A stretch of DNA of 63,682 bases, filler included, from Octopus bimaculoides (Eukaryota): the NCBI RefSeq assembly GCF_001194135.2. It is 8 parts of 6 records of this genome, joined end to end, with 100 filler letters (N's around TTAATTAATTAA, not from the genome) between each part and the next. Parts side by side here need not be neighbours in the genome. Positions count along the whole stretch, not along the records: positions 49,960 to 58,315 come from NC_068995.1; positions 58,416 to 60,416 come from NC_068982.1; positions 60,517 to 63,682 come from NC_068995.1; 5 more parts are not named here. One strand, written 5' to 3'. The position numbers and the translations under genes are program-made. Shown here in pieces: positions 51,040-63,682 of this stretch (position 1 is the stretch's first letter; the number at the start of each line of letters is the position of its first letter). Under the pieces are notes generated by a model. That model was not told the origin of the DNA. It ran no database searches and was given only the letters and a program-made list of their open reading frames with translations.

Positions 51040-51130
51040 CTATTACGGAAAAATTGAAAACAGAGGAGGACACTGTGTCGTACCTTCAAGGAAATGGTAT
51101 TATACTCAAAAGAAATTATGCAAAAAGAGG
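51040..51130 (+). mobile_element. Possible Merlin (IS1595-like) transposase N-terminal remnant
   Basis: NFASITEKLKTEEDTVSYLQGNGII resembles Merlin N-termini (T.E..I.FLQ..GII). Short and recognised from memory only. Confidence 0.3.
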
Positions 51131-52197
51131 CATGTTATGTGTGGGAACATGTAGTGGGAACATGTACTGTAATTCCCGCTGCTTAAATGTTTGTTTTTTA
51201 AGCATATTTAAATTGTAATTAAATATCTTTAAATTTTAGTGTTTATCGCACGTAACGTTTTGTTCATCGCATTAAATGTATATTGAATGCTTAAATGTTT
51301 GTTTACTCGTTTCTTTTTGTCATTGAGCATTGAGATGGTTGAGAGGTGTGCTAAAAATGAGAGCTAAATAAGATTTTTTGGATAAATCTTCGAATTAACA
51401 TAAACATTTATTTACATGAAAGAAAATTACCGGAGACCTTTCATCTAATTCTTCTAAATCTTTCTGTTAAAGTCGTAATGTATTTATCGCAAGTAACGTG
51501 TTGTTTATCGCATTTGCAGTAAACACAGGTGGTTGTGGGTGGGCTAAAAATAACAGCTAAATAAGATTTATTTACATGAAAGAAAATTACCTGAGACATA
51601 ACACATGTTGTTTACAAATTTTGACAACACGTGCTATTTTCAGAATGTTGACGACAAAATGTGCAGGCACATACAAATTGATAGCTTCGAAATCCTGTTT
51701 CCTGACTGAGTGAAAATGATCAAACTTTAAACCCCTATAACGTTTTAAAAACATTTTTCTGGAAAAAATGAAATAACTCCAGCAATTCAGTTTGGGAAAG
51801 TGTATTATTGTTAAAATTTTCGGTAAACTTTACTTTGTGAAATGCTGGCAACGAAACCGAAAAGATCCACGGGAATTCGTAAGTGCTGGACATTTAACAG
51901 TGATAGTTAGAGTCAGTAATAAGGGATTAAAATAAATTATAACGTATGAGTTTTTTGTATGTATATAGCATGTATGTATATACATACACAAGGATTACAT
52001 TCATATTAAGCGAAAGAGACTCCACAGTTTCGTAGCGATGATGTCCACAAAACTATAATAGCTCCATACCAATGAGAAAATACAAAAATTCATTAGAATT
52101 ACGAATATGTTTTATTCCTCCCGCTAAAATGCTAAAACTGTCAAGGCGATTCTCTCCCCTGCCACTGATGAAAACAGACCAAAAACCGAAACGCTGC

Positions 52198-52228
<31 letters not shown>

Positions 52229-52903
52229 TGTATGTATGTATGTATGTATGTATGTATATGTATATATGTATATGTGTATACATGTAGATGAATATATATA
52301 CATGAATATACATATATATATATATATATATNNNNNNNNNNNNNNNNNNNNNNNNNNNNNNNNNNNNNNNNNNNNNNNNNNNNNNNNNNNNNNNNNNNNN
52401 NNNNNNNNNNNNNNNNNNNNNNNNNNNNNNNNNNNNNNNNNNNNNNNNNNNNNNNNNNNNNNNNNNNNNNNNNNNNNNNNNNNNNNNNNNNNNNNNNNNN
52501 NNNNNNNNNNNNNNNNNNNNNNNNNNNNNNNNNNNNNNNNNNNNNNNNNNNNNNNNNNNNNNNNNNNNNNNNNNNNNNNNNNNNNNNNNNNNNNNNNNNN
52601 NNNNNNNNNNNNNNNNNNNNNNNNNNNNNNNNNNNNNNNNNNNNNNNNNNNNNNNNNNNNNNNNNNNNNNNNNNNNNNNNNNNNNNNNNNNNNNNNNNNN
52701 NNNNNNNNNNNNNNNNNNNNNNNNNNNNNNNNNNNNNNNNNNNNNNNNNNNNNNNNNNNNNNNNNNNNNNNNNNNNNNNNNNNNNNNNGTGTGTGTGTGT
52801 GTGTGTGTGTGTGTGATAGTGTTTATAATATGTGTTCATGTACATGAGAGAGGCTGTATTTCAGAATGTGTATTTCTCTTTTTCCTTCCCCTCTCTGGAA
52901 CTT

Positions 52904-52937
<34 letters not shown>

Positions 52938-53536
52938 TTCCCCCTCTACCTTTTCCTCTTTCTCTCTCTTTCACTCTATCTCTCTCTCTCTCTCTCTCTC
53001 TCTGTCTGTTTGTCTCCTTCACTTTATCTTCTTCTCTTTCTCTCCCTGTCTTTCTTTCTCTTCCCTCTCTCCCTCTCTCTGCTCCATATTTGCTTTCAAG
53101 ATTGGTTCAATGTTGACATGACTTTATTTTGGCTGTCTTTATTGCTCCTCTATATTATTAACACAACTTTTACTTCCAAACGTGACCCATTTGTTTCAGT
53201 TACGAGTGTTTGTGTGTATCTATGCGTGTGTGTGTACAATATGTTTGTATATACATGTACACGTGTGAGCGCATGTATAAATGTATGTATACATATGTTT
53301 GCCCATACTCCACACATACATGTATATATATATATGTATGAAACACCACTTCTGTATTGAATACTTGCTCGGGTCATACATACACACAACTGTATACACG
53401 CACACATGCACAGAAAATGACACGTATATGGCACAATAGTACATACATGTATATGTAAATATGTGTATGTACGTGTGTGGTTGTGTGTATCCTTGTATGT
53501 ATGTATTATATATATGTATGCATATATGTATGTGTG

Positions 53537-53579
<43 letters not shown>

Positions 53580-53881
53580 GTATATATATGTATGTATATA
53601 TGTATGTATATATATATATATATTCATATATATATATGTATCTATATGTGTATGTATAGAAATGCATTTATATATATATATATTTATAAATATGTATGTA
53701 TATATATATATATAGGTATATATATAAATACGTATATNNNNNNNNNNNNNNNNNNNNNNNNNNNNNNNNNNNNNNNNNNNNNNNNNNNNNNNNNNNNNNN
53801 NNNNNNNNNNNNNNNNNNNNNNNNNNATACATATACGTATATATATATAAATATGTATATATATACGTATATATATATGTG

Positions 53882-53934
<53 letters not shown>

Positions 53935-54954
53935 ATATATATATAAGTGTGTGTGTGTGTATTCTGCGTGAATTGGGAGTCGGTGGCAAGTGAAAGTTTG
54001 TAAATAGAATAATAAACCTACACCTTATATTGACTATAGAAAATATTAGGGCATCTAAATGCCTGTAATGGAAAAAAAGGGGCATTGTACTAAAGCCTAA
54101 TTTTTTTCTGTTACGGGGTTTATATGCCATTAATATTAGATTACACTGTGTAACACGATTTTTGTCCTTGGATAGGAACTCTTATTTTCTATTTCCTTAT
54201 CCCTAGAAAGTATGAAAAACGGTTAATGTTTCCTTTAAACTTTGCTTTTCGTAACATTTATTCAAACCCCAAAGAATCCCTCTCAACACATGACTATGAT
54301 GCTTCCGCTCATTATCAGAGATGCATATATTGTCAGCCACTAAGGGACATGCCCATGTGTTTAAAGTCAAGCAACTGACACGCAAATCTGTGCTATTAAG
54401 CAGAATATTTGCTATAACGATATTTTTGCTATAGCAACTCAGAGCTGAATTTGTCTGAAATGTAATGGAAAATAATTCCAAAACTTTGATGTCCCGGTCA
54501 CAAAAGCAAAGTTTGAAGGGGACAGTAGTCATTTCCTTTGATTTCTAAATAGAAGCAAATAGGAACTAACAGTTATAGACCAAAGACGAAAAAAAAAATT
54601 CGAATTTTTTTAGTGTTACTTCCTATAGTCAACATACAGTGAAGGATTATTTACAAAATATGTGTAGAAATGTAGACGTACTATATATCTTTATTTTTTA
54701 TCTTTTACTTGTGCAGACACCGGACTGCGGCCATGCTGGGGCACCACTTTAAAGAATTTTAGTCGAACTAATCGACCCCCGGTAGTTATTTTCGTTTTAA
54801 GTCAGATACTTATTCTGACGGTCTCTTTTGCAGAGCCTCTGAGTTACGGGGACATAAATACGCCAACACCGGTTGTCAAGCGGCCGTGAGGGACAAACAC
54901 ATACACACACAACCACACATACATACATACATACATACATACATACATACATGC

Positions 54955-54985
<31 letters not shown>

Positions 54986-56102
54986 NNNNNNNNNNNNNNN
55001 NNNNNNNNNNNNNNNNNNNNNNNNNNNNNNNNNNNNNNNNNNNNNNNNNNNNNNNNNNNNNNNNNNNNNNNNNNNNNNNNNNNNNNNNNNNNNNNNNNNN
55101 NNNNNNNNNNNNNNNNNNNNNNNNNNNNNNNNNNNNNNNNNNNNNNNNNNNNNNNNNNNNNNNNNNNNNNNNNNNNNNNNNNNNNNNNNNNNNNNNNNNN
55201 NNNNNNNNNNNNNNNNNNNNNNNNNATATATAAAGTGCCACGCAGTGGGACTGAACTCAGAACTATGTGATTGGGAAGCGAACTTCTTAACACACAGTAA
55301 CGTCTCCGCCTATATAAATACATAATTTAAACAAAAATGGGTCCAGAGAAATAACTGAGAGTGGCTAGTGGCATGCAGTTGAACAAGAAACACAGATACA
55401 AAATATAGGTATAACAAATGCCATACAATATAATTCGCGATTTCTTAAAATTATTATCTCTGCTTCTTGAGGACGCAGCATAATTGCCATAATGACACTT
55501 ATGCTTAGCTCCACACGAAAAAGGGCAGATAATTTCAAAGATCAAGAATTCTCCAAAGATGACATTAATGAAAAGGATATTCTTATTGTTTGGAGATAAG
55601 AAGACGACCATGGAGACGTTCTGCTCAAGTTAGACAGAGACAACAATGGAGGAATGTACGAATTAACATAGAGAGTTGCATCGATATTGATTGAGCATTA
55701 TTGAATTCACTTAATGTTGAATTGAGTCTCTCACCCATCCGTTGATCTTCCAATAATGCTCTCTGTTTATAAATGTAGTTTTTGTTTACTTTAGGAAGGA
55801 AAGCTGAATAAATAAAGATTCGTTAAATAGCAACGAGTCGAATTGGTTCGTTTTTTCATCTCATGCTATCAAAATGGCCTTCGTGAAATCTAATTTCACA
55901 GATCTTTTATTCAAATTCAAATACAAAGAAACAGGAAAAAAAGAGAAATGAAAAGGGAAAAACAAACAAAAGAAGAAAGCAGTGGGGTAAAGCAGCAGAA
56001 GACGATGGGGGAAAGGGTGAGGGACCAGATAACTCAGAACAGATTGTGTGGTCAGCCGCGCCCCGAGGTGATGATCGCGATGGCGTTTCCGCGGAGATTG
56101 GT

Positions 56103-56763
56103 CAAGTTGATCTGAGTTCGTTGACTTTTATTGTACATGTTATACATTAAGCGGGTATCTGCTGGGATAATTATCAGAACTACGAAAATAATTCAACAGT
56201 TGTTTACAAATAAGGAATTAATTGGACTCAGATATTAAAATATTTTAGTTCACGCCATTATACCTATTTTGCGGAGGAAATTGGTAATATGGGGACCTAC
56301 AACGCCTGACGTCTAGAGGGCGACTGACACAAACTGATAGTAGCTGGCTAGGTTCCTGTATCTATGATTTTTTCCTTCTTCCGATGCAGCAAAAGTCGAA
56401 ATATTCACTGACACGACCCTATACTTCTGTCTTCAATATTGTAATAGTTCTAGGATATGTATCATATAGTCGAGTGGTTGTAGAATGACGTAAGCGGTAG
56501 CTCTAAATCTATTTCTATTCAACAACGGCCACGTTAAATCTACAGCAAGCTGATCCGAGTTCGTTGACTTTTATCGTAACATGTTATACATTTAGCGTAT
56601 ATCTGCCAAGATAATTATCAGAACTAAGAAGATAATTCAATTGTAATTATCAACGTAATGAACCATCTGAGATAATAATTTTACATGATGATTATATTAT
56701 AGAATATTAGTTTACAAATAAGGAATTAATTCGTCTCAGATATTAAAACATTTTAGTTCACGC
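56103..56763. repeat. Local direct duplication (56103-56254 versus 56547-56763, second copy ~70 bp longer)
   Basis: Shared GAGTTCGTTGACTTTTAT...GATAATTATCAGAACTA...GTTTACAAATAAGGAATTAATT...TTTTAGTTCACGC. Confidence 0.9.
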
Positions 56764-56999
56764 ACATTAACGACATAGTGACAGTCCTGCGTGGGTTACA
56801 ATCATTGATATTATACGACGTAGAGCAATGCTTCTCAACCATCATGAACCCCTTATGATTCCTATTTAACTCAACAAGACCGATGTTTAAAAAATCCTGT
56901 TATATCTTTATAGTATTATCAGGAATTGTAAGGCGGCGAACTGGCAGAATCGTTAGCACGAAATGTTTTGCGGTATTTCACCCATAGCTACCTTCTAAG

Positions 57000-57380
57000 T
57001 GTGGAGGCGCAATGGCCCAGTGGTTAGGGCAGCGGACTCGCGGTCATAGGATCGCGGTTTCGATTCCCAGACCGGGCGTTGTGAGTTTTTATTGAGCGAA
57101 AACACCTAAAGCTCCACGAGGCTTTGGAAGGGGATGGTGGCGACCCCGCTCTCACCACAACTTTCTCTCACTCTTACTTCCTGTTTCTGTTGTACCTGTA
57201 ATTCAAAGGGTCAGCCTTGTCACACTGTGTCACGCTGAATATCCCCGAGAACTACGTTAAGGGTACACGTGTCTGTGAAGTGCTCAGCCACTTGCACGTT
57301 AATTTCACGAGCAGGCTGTTCCGTTGATCAGATCAACTGGAACCCTCGTCGTCGTAAGCGACGGAGTCCCAACAACAACA
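57000..57380 (+). mobile_element. tRNA-derived SINE, full length, 10-bp TSD, nested in an older SINE
   Basis: TSD ACCTTCTAAG at 56990-56999 and 57381-57390. A box TGGCCCAGTGG (57013-57023), B-box-like GGTTTCGATTCCC (57056-57068) and (CAA)n tail. The host SINE resumes at CTCAAATTCCGCCGAGG. Confidence 0.93.
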
Positions 57381-58270
57381 ACCTTCTAAGCTCAAATTCC
57401 GCCGAGGTGGACTTTGCCTTTCATCCTTTCGAGGTCGATAAATTAAGCACCATTTGAAAACTGGGGTCGATGTAATCCCTACCTCCCCCAAGCTACCCTT
57501 GTTACAAAATTTAAAATAAGATTATTAGGAATTGTATTAGGCGGCGAGCTGTGAGAATCGTATGCATGTCGGACTATAATGCTTAGCGGCATTTCGTCCG
57601 TCTTCACATTCTGAGTTCAAATCCTGTCCAGGTCAACTTTGTTTTTCGTCCTTTTGGGGGTCGATAAAATAAGTACCAGTTGAAAACTGGAGTCTAGACA
57701 ATCGACTTACCCACTTCCAGAAATTGCTAGCCTTGTGTTAAAAGTTGAAATCCTTATTAGAAATTGTATTAAAAAGTGTGAAAATATTTTGTGCATTGTG
57801 ACCAATTTATTTCACATGAATATTAAGCAACAAAATCCTATATGGATCATCAAATAAAGGACCATATGGACTCCGGTTCAGAACCACTGACGCTGAGTTT
57901 ACCGAGAGCGAATGCGACAAAACAAGGAACTTTGCATGACTATATGAGAGATATGTGTGAGAGCCTAACAGCAACGTAACATATAGGGTCGTTCTAACTC
58001 ACTCTTTGTTTGATTATAACATGTAACATAGGGCGTCCATTTTGACTCACTCTGTTTGCATATGGGGATCCTTACATTAGCAAAACTGGGTTAATGCTTC
58101 GTAATCTAAATGTAGGTATATCTAATAAATATCTCGCTGTGGTCACATATGCGTCTATGTATGTTTATATGTGTGTATGTATGCATTCATGCAAACTTCC
58201 ATATATATGCATGTGTGAATTCTATGTATGTGTGTAGCGAGAACATGCAACTTTACATACACACATACAC

Positions 58271-58315
<45 letters not shown>

Positions 58316-58416
58316 NNNNNNNNNNNNNNNNNNNNNNNNNNNNNNNNNNNNNNNNNNNNTTAATTAATTAANNNNNNNNNNNNNNNNNNNNNNNNNNNNN
58401 NNNNNNNNNNNNNNNA

Positions 58417-58740
58417 TTATGAGGTGTATAAATTAATCACGTCAAATGAGACCATGATTGTTCCTTCCTTGACTTTCTTTGGGAGGTGATTTAACATATC
58501 CAAGTCATCTCTGATATAGCTATTGATGTATTTAAGGAAGGGTTTTAGGAGGATGTCCATAAATAGACTTAGTCTGTGTGTTTCACAGGCTGGGCCAGCT
58601 ATGATGGGTTGCAGTTTAGGTCCCCCGGGTTTGGTGTATGTATGTATGTCTTTGGTGATTTTTTGATGATCTCATTTATGATTTGGCTTTTGTGTATTTT
58701 TGGCAGACCATAGAAGAGGCTAGGCTTGCATCTGAAGTTT
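58417..58740 (-). mobile_element. Penelope-like RT fragment
   Basis: FYGLPKIHKS...PIIAGPACETHRLSLFMDILLKPFLKYINSYIRDDLDMLNHLP...MVSFDVINLYTS. Confidence 0.9.
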
Positions 58741-58750
58741 GTTAGAAAAT

Positions 58751-58781
<31 letters not shown>

Positions 58782-58839
58782 GCTTATCTGTTTATCTATC
58801 TCCTTCTCTTGTTCTTCTTCCTTTCTGTTTTTCTCTCTC

Positions 58840-59260
58840 ACCCTTTCCCTATTTTTCTCCTCTCCCCTTGACCGTTCCCTCTCTCTCTCTTACTCTTCCT
58901 TCTTGACTTTCTCGTTGCTCACATGTGACCAACGGCCATTCTTTCTTTCTTCTACTTCCTTCCTAAAGACAAGACATACTTTTATCTGTCTCTTCTCAAA
59001 GCTCTTTTTCCAGCGTTCCCCACTTTACATTGTCTTGGCTTAACAGCCCTCACCATTTGTTTTTACTATTTTGTTCTCACAGTCCTGTTTTTGTTACCAC
59101 TTTAACCCTCCGCAAAAAATCTCAAATTTTATTTAATCTGCTTTGCGGGAAAGACTGTTTTAACGAAGTTGCATCTTGTCCTTACCTTCGAAACATGGAG
59201 TAGATAAAACAAGGGACAACTGATAAAAGGAATGTTCTTTATGTTGCATGTCTCTTGGTT
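58840..59260 (+). mobile_element. Repeat tail of the same family as 3730-4330
   Basis: Shares the GCGGGAAAGACTGTTTTAACGAAG...TTCGAAACATGGAGTAG...CAACTGATAAAAGG block. Confidence 0.5.
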
Positions 59261-60059
59261 GCTCTATCTTTGGAGCATACAAAGTTATTATTCTTATATG
59301 AAAATGCTATTGACAGTAACTTCAAAGTTCCAGCCAGCTAAGGTATCAGCTAACTATGTATATATACATATATTTATATGAGTGTATGTATCTTCATGTC
59401 TGTATTTGTCTCCCAGCACCATGTGACAACTGGTGTCGGTGTGTTTACAGCCCCATAACTTAGCAGTTCAGTGAAAGATACTGAGAGAATAAGTACCAGG
59501 TTTAAAGAAACAAAAGAAAATGTACTTCACTCGATTCGTTTGGCTAAAATACATTAAGGCAGTGCCCCAGCATGGCCACAATCTAATGACTGAGATGCAT
59601 AAAAGATGAAAGATATCCCCTTTATCCACTAAGTAGGAGTTTAACATGTCATATGTCATCTTCAATTCGAGTTATGATGACATGTCTTGCTTTGGAAATA
59701 AATCAAAGTGTTATTGATATTTTGATCAAATATCTTGCCGCAGGGATATATATATATTATGTATTATATATTTATGAAGAATTACAAGCTACTGATATTG
59801 TTCAATTCTTTGGATAATTCTGTCAGTTCACCAGTGTAGTGTACTTTGTGACCTCTGTTTTGGGTGCATTGACGGAAAGGATGAAAAATGGGAATTTTTA
59901 TTGCAAAAATAATGATTACGTGATGTTATTGCATGTTGAGCGTAAAATCAATTAAGCATGCAAGTGTTGAATCTGTAAGTATGTGTGAATATATGTGTAT
60001 GTGTGCTTGAATGTGATTATTTGTGTGTAGGTGTTTATGTATGGGCTTGCATGTATGTG

Positions 60060-60099
<40 letters not shown>

Positions 60100-60281
60100 C
60101 ATGTGGCAGATTTGACGTGTNNNNNNNNNNTGTATATGCATGTGGCAGATTTGACGTGTGTGAGTTTTGTGCATACACGTGTGTGTGTATATGTGTGTAT
60201 GTGTGCATGTGTGCGTATATGTGTGTGCGCATGTGTGTGTATTTGTGTGTGTACACATATGTATGTATGCATGTGTGTGTT

Positions 60282-60348
<67 letters not shown>

Positions 60349-60754
60349 ATGTGTGTGAGTGTGTGTGTGCATGTATGGTAGGGTAATTCCTATTCTGTCT
60401 TTCTCACTATTTTCCTNNNNNNNNNNNNNNNNNNNNNNNNNNNNNNNNNNNNNNNNNNNNTTAATTAATTAANNNNNNNNNNNNNNNNNNNNNNNNNNNN
60501 NNNNNNNNNNNNNNNNAACAAAAAAAAAAACGTTGCTAAACAACAATACACAAATTCTGTCCAACCTAAATTGCCACACAATTCACTGGAAATCAATCAA
60601 TAACTAGAGATATTGAAAATGACCTTCACTGAATTTTTCAGTATAAAATACAGAGCCATAAGACTGAAGCCTTTTAAGTTTTATCTTTTGTCTTTTTCTT
60701 GTTTCAGTTATTGAACTGTGACCATGCTGGGGCACTGCCTTGATGGGTTCAATC

Positions 60755-61059
60755 CAGGGGTTCTCAACTATTTTTTTATCTATGGAACTCTTTGATTACT
60801 ATTTTATTCTGGTGGACTCCTCATAGCCATTCGATGTTTAAAAACTAATTAAAAAACTTCTTTCAAATTTCTTATTTGGTTTTTCCCTGCATTAACTTGT
60901 GTAGGTTGAACCATGTAAATTGTTATACCAATAAATACATCTAAAATCAAATTTTCCAGAGACCCTGAAAATATTTTCCAGAGGCCCTTAAAATATCCAA
61001 TTTATTATTTTGCTGTGTGAACTCCCAAAATCTTATCTGGACCCCAGTTGAAAACCACT
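60755..61059. mobile_element. hAT-type MITE
   Basis: Ends CAGGGGTTCTCAACT ... AGTTGAAAACCACT resemble CAGGGGTTCTCAACC-type hAT TIRs; no TSD confirmed. Confidence 0.5.
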
Positions 61060-61104
61060 TTTTGGTGGTGGTTGAAATCTGGGTACAGTTGATTAATCAG
61101 CAAC

Positions 61105-61700
61105 AGTAACTAGTTTCAAATTTTGGCACAAAGCCAGCAATTTTGGGGGAGGGGCTAAGTCGATTACATCAATTCCAGCGCTCAACTGGTACTTATTTTA
61201 TTGATCCCGAAAGGATGAAAGACAAAGTCAACCCCAGAGGCATTTGAACTCAGAACTTCAAGACACAAAATGTCACTAGATATTTTCCCTGGCATGCTAA
61301 CAATTCTGCCAGTTCATCCCTAGGTTCCAAATTTTAGCATAAAGCCATAAATTTTGGGGGAGGGTGTAAGTCGATTTACATTGATCCCAGTGGTCAACAG
61401 TTACTTGTCTTATTAACCCAGAAAGGATGAAAGGTGAAGTTAAACCGCGGTGGAATTTGAACTCAGATCTTAAAAGACAGATGAAATGCTACTAAGCATT
61501 TTGCTTGGCATGCTAACGATTCTGTCTGCTCGCCAGCTTAATCAGCCTTAGTAATTAAAAGGTCATTTATCTTATGAACACCTGAAGGATGAAAAGCAAA
61601 TTTCACTGACCTCAGCAGAATTTGAACTCAAAACATAAAGAAACTGTTACTAAATACCACAAGGCATTTTGTCAGATACTCTAAGGATTCTACTGATCCA
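61105..61700 (-). mobile_element. Cluster of three same-orientation SINE copies or fragments
   Basis: GAAAGGATGAAAG...GAATTTGAACTCAGA recurs near 61208, 61420 and 61585. Confidence 0.75.
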
Positions 61701-62037
61701 AATCAGTTCTACAAATCAAGTTCTACAAGTTCTATCAAGTTCTACAAGTCAAGTAGAGAAACAGGTTTGTTTACATTAATCTTTCTTATCTTATTTTTTA
61801 TTTGTTTCAATCATTGAACTTCGGCAATGTAGGGGCCACCACCTTGAAGGGTTTAGTTGAACAAATTGATCCCAGTATCAATTTAAGCCTGTTACTTATA
61901 CCGTTGGCCTCTTTTGCTGTACTGTTAGGTTATAAGGGCATAAACAGACCAAAATTAGTTGTCAAGTGGTAGTGGGGGATAAATACATACACAAAGATGA
62001 ACACAGACACACACACGTGTATGTGTATGTATGTATA

Positions 62038-62086
<49 letters not shown>

Positions 62087-63682
62087 ACACACACATATAC
62101 ATATACATTTATGAATACACATATACACACATATGATGAGCTTCTTTCAGTTTCTGTCTACCAAATTCATTCACAAGGCTTTGGCCTGAGGCTATAGTAG
62201 AAAACACTTGTCCATGGTGCCACGCAGCAGGACTGAACCTGGAATCATGTGGTTGAGAAGCAAGCTTCTTACCACAGAGTCACACCTGTGTGTGTGCATC
62301 TATATATATATATGATGGGCTTCTTTTAGTTTCCATGTACCAAATCCATTCGCAAGCTTTGATCAGCCTGTGCTTATTGCAGAAGACACTGGCCCAAGGT
62401 ACCATGTAGTGAACTGAACCTGGAACCATATGAAAGTAATTCATAAAATGCAGATTCTGCTTTCAATAAATTTATATCTTATTTTTTTCACCCGCTATTA
62501 ACAATGGGCAAATCAATGAATATATACATTTGTTTACGTTCTCAAGAAGAAGAAAAAAGGTCTAGGAAGCTAAGTCAGCATGATATTGGCCTACTCACCA
62601 AAATGTTAAAGGTTTTTATCTTGCCAGCAAAACTTCCTTGTATGTACCATTGACAAATTTCATTTAACTTTCAATAGCCCACTTCACATAACTGCAAATA
62701 GATACCATGATGATGCATATTTGACTGTCATAGGCATTTGAGCAGCAAGGTACAATACATAATTCACTAAAATACTAGAGGTTTGTAACCAGTCAATGAA
62801 ACCTTCGTTGTATATACTATTGACAAATTTCATGTAACTCTTAAAAGCTCACTTCGCATAACTGTAAATAAATGTCATGAAGGTGCATAGTTCCTTTTCA
62901 CAAGGCTTTGAACAGCAGGATATAGAATAATTCATGAATGTTTCATTAACTTTTAATGTTGACCTCCGAACTTGATAAGAGTATGAAAAAAAAAAAAAAA
63001 AGTCCTGCTGCATGCTGTTGTTACGTTCAGAAAGAGAAAGACATTTAACAGCATAATAACACATGTGCAAGCAAACACACAAATACACACAAACAAACAT
63101 GCATGCACACAAAATTCATTACATATACCCATCTCGCACGGCAACACCTCGCAGGAATTGCAGCGGATAAAAAGAAAAAGATCAAAAATATTTTTAAAAA
63201 AAAGGAAAACACGTGTTCCTGAAGACAATAATTTATAGCTCAGGTAGCTTTGTGTCTAAGTCAAAAATCAATAATTTATGGCAAGATAATAAACTAGGTA
63301 AACTGTGTCAAGGGGAGTTACATGTAGTATTACACACTGTTTACTGTAGGAAGGGTTCCATCCATAAAAGAATTATCAGGAGTCTAGCACCATATTTGTG
63401 TCACAGTATTGCATAATTTACCATGTCTCCACCATCCACAGTTAAATATATCAGTTTTGTGCATAATAATAAGCGTGAGTTGATTTAAAAGGGGAAATGA
63501 ACATATTGGTTGCATCTTTATATCTAGAAAGTTAAATAGGGCTTGAAAATAAAAATATTAAAAAAATAATGTTTTGTCTTTAATCCATTATCTTTTTACT
63601 TGTTTCATTTGTTGGATTATGGCCATGCTGGGGCACTGCCTCGAAGAGCTTAGCCAGACAAATCAATCCCAGTACTTATATA

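Noticed and set aside
2824-55325. Long ORFs in the track that are full of X
   Set aside because: They only span N gaps and flanking (TA)n or (CA)n repeats; they are not coding evidence.
55470-55670. Acidic secreted-peptide-like frame
   Set aside because: Interrupted by a stop, with no family match or splice support.
57001-57078. tRNA gene
   Set aside because: A and B boxes are present but there is no proper acceptor stem; it is the head of a TSD-flanked SINE.
60092-60160. Direct repeat TGTATATGCATGTGGCAGATTTGACGTGT on both sides of a 10-N gap
   Set aside because: Typical unmerged contig overlap; assembly artefact.

Overview
AT-rich, gap-ridden, intron- and transposon-dominated animal DNA. 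The SINE families, the C2H2 zinc-finger array and the microsatellite load point to an Octopus genome (inferred, not proven). Seven 100-bp spacers (44 N + TTAATTAATTAA + 44 N) are artificial joins, so the window is about eight independent segments. Two host genes are supported: a tandem C2H2 zinc-finger exon (26425-27168, +) and five minus-strand exons of an adhesion GPCR (GAIN, GPS, TM5-TM7; 31646-35978). The GPCR's cleavage site is intact, but its tethered-agonist sequence reads TSFALQK instead of TxFxxLM. The rest is mostly decayed mobile DNA: several Penelope-like elements, RTE and R4/Dong-like LINE pieces, a Gypsy pol fragment, Tc1/mariner, Helitron, piggyBac/hAT/mariner MITEs, SINEs and long palindromes. 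The most interesting signals are RNA structures. One is a complete canonical type I hammerhead ribozyme at 11629-11691 (+). The other is a hammerhead fold at 44686-44736 (-) whose core reads GUGAACA, a compensatory G3:C8 swap that a CUGANGA search would miss. Several decayed hammerhead relics lie in Penelope-type tails. All alignments were done by eye; no database search was run.
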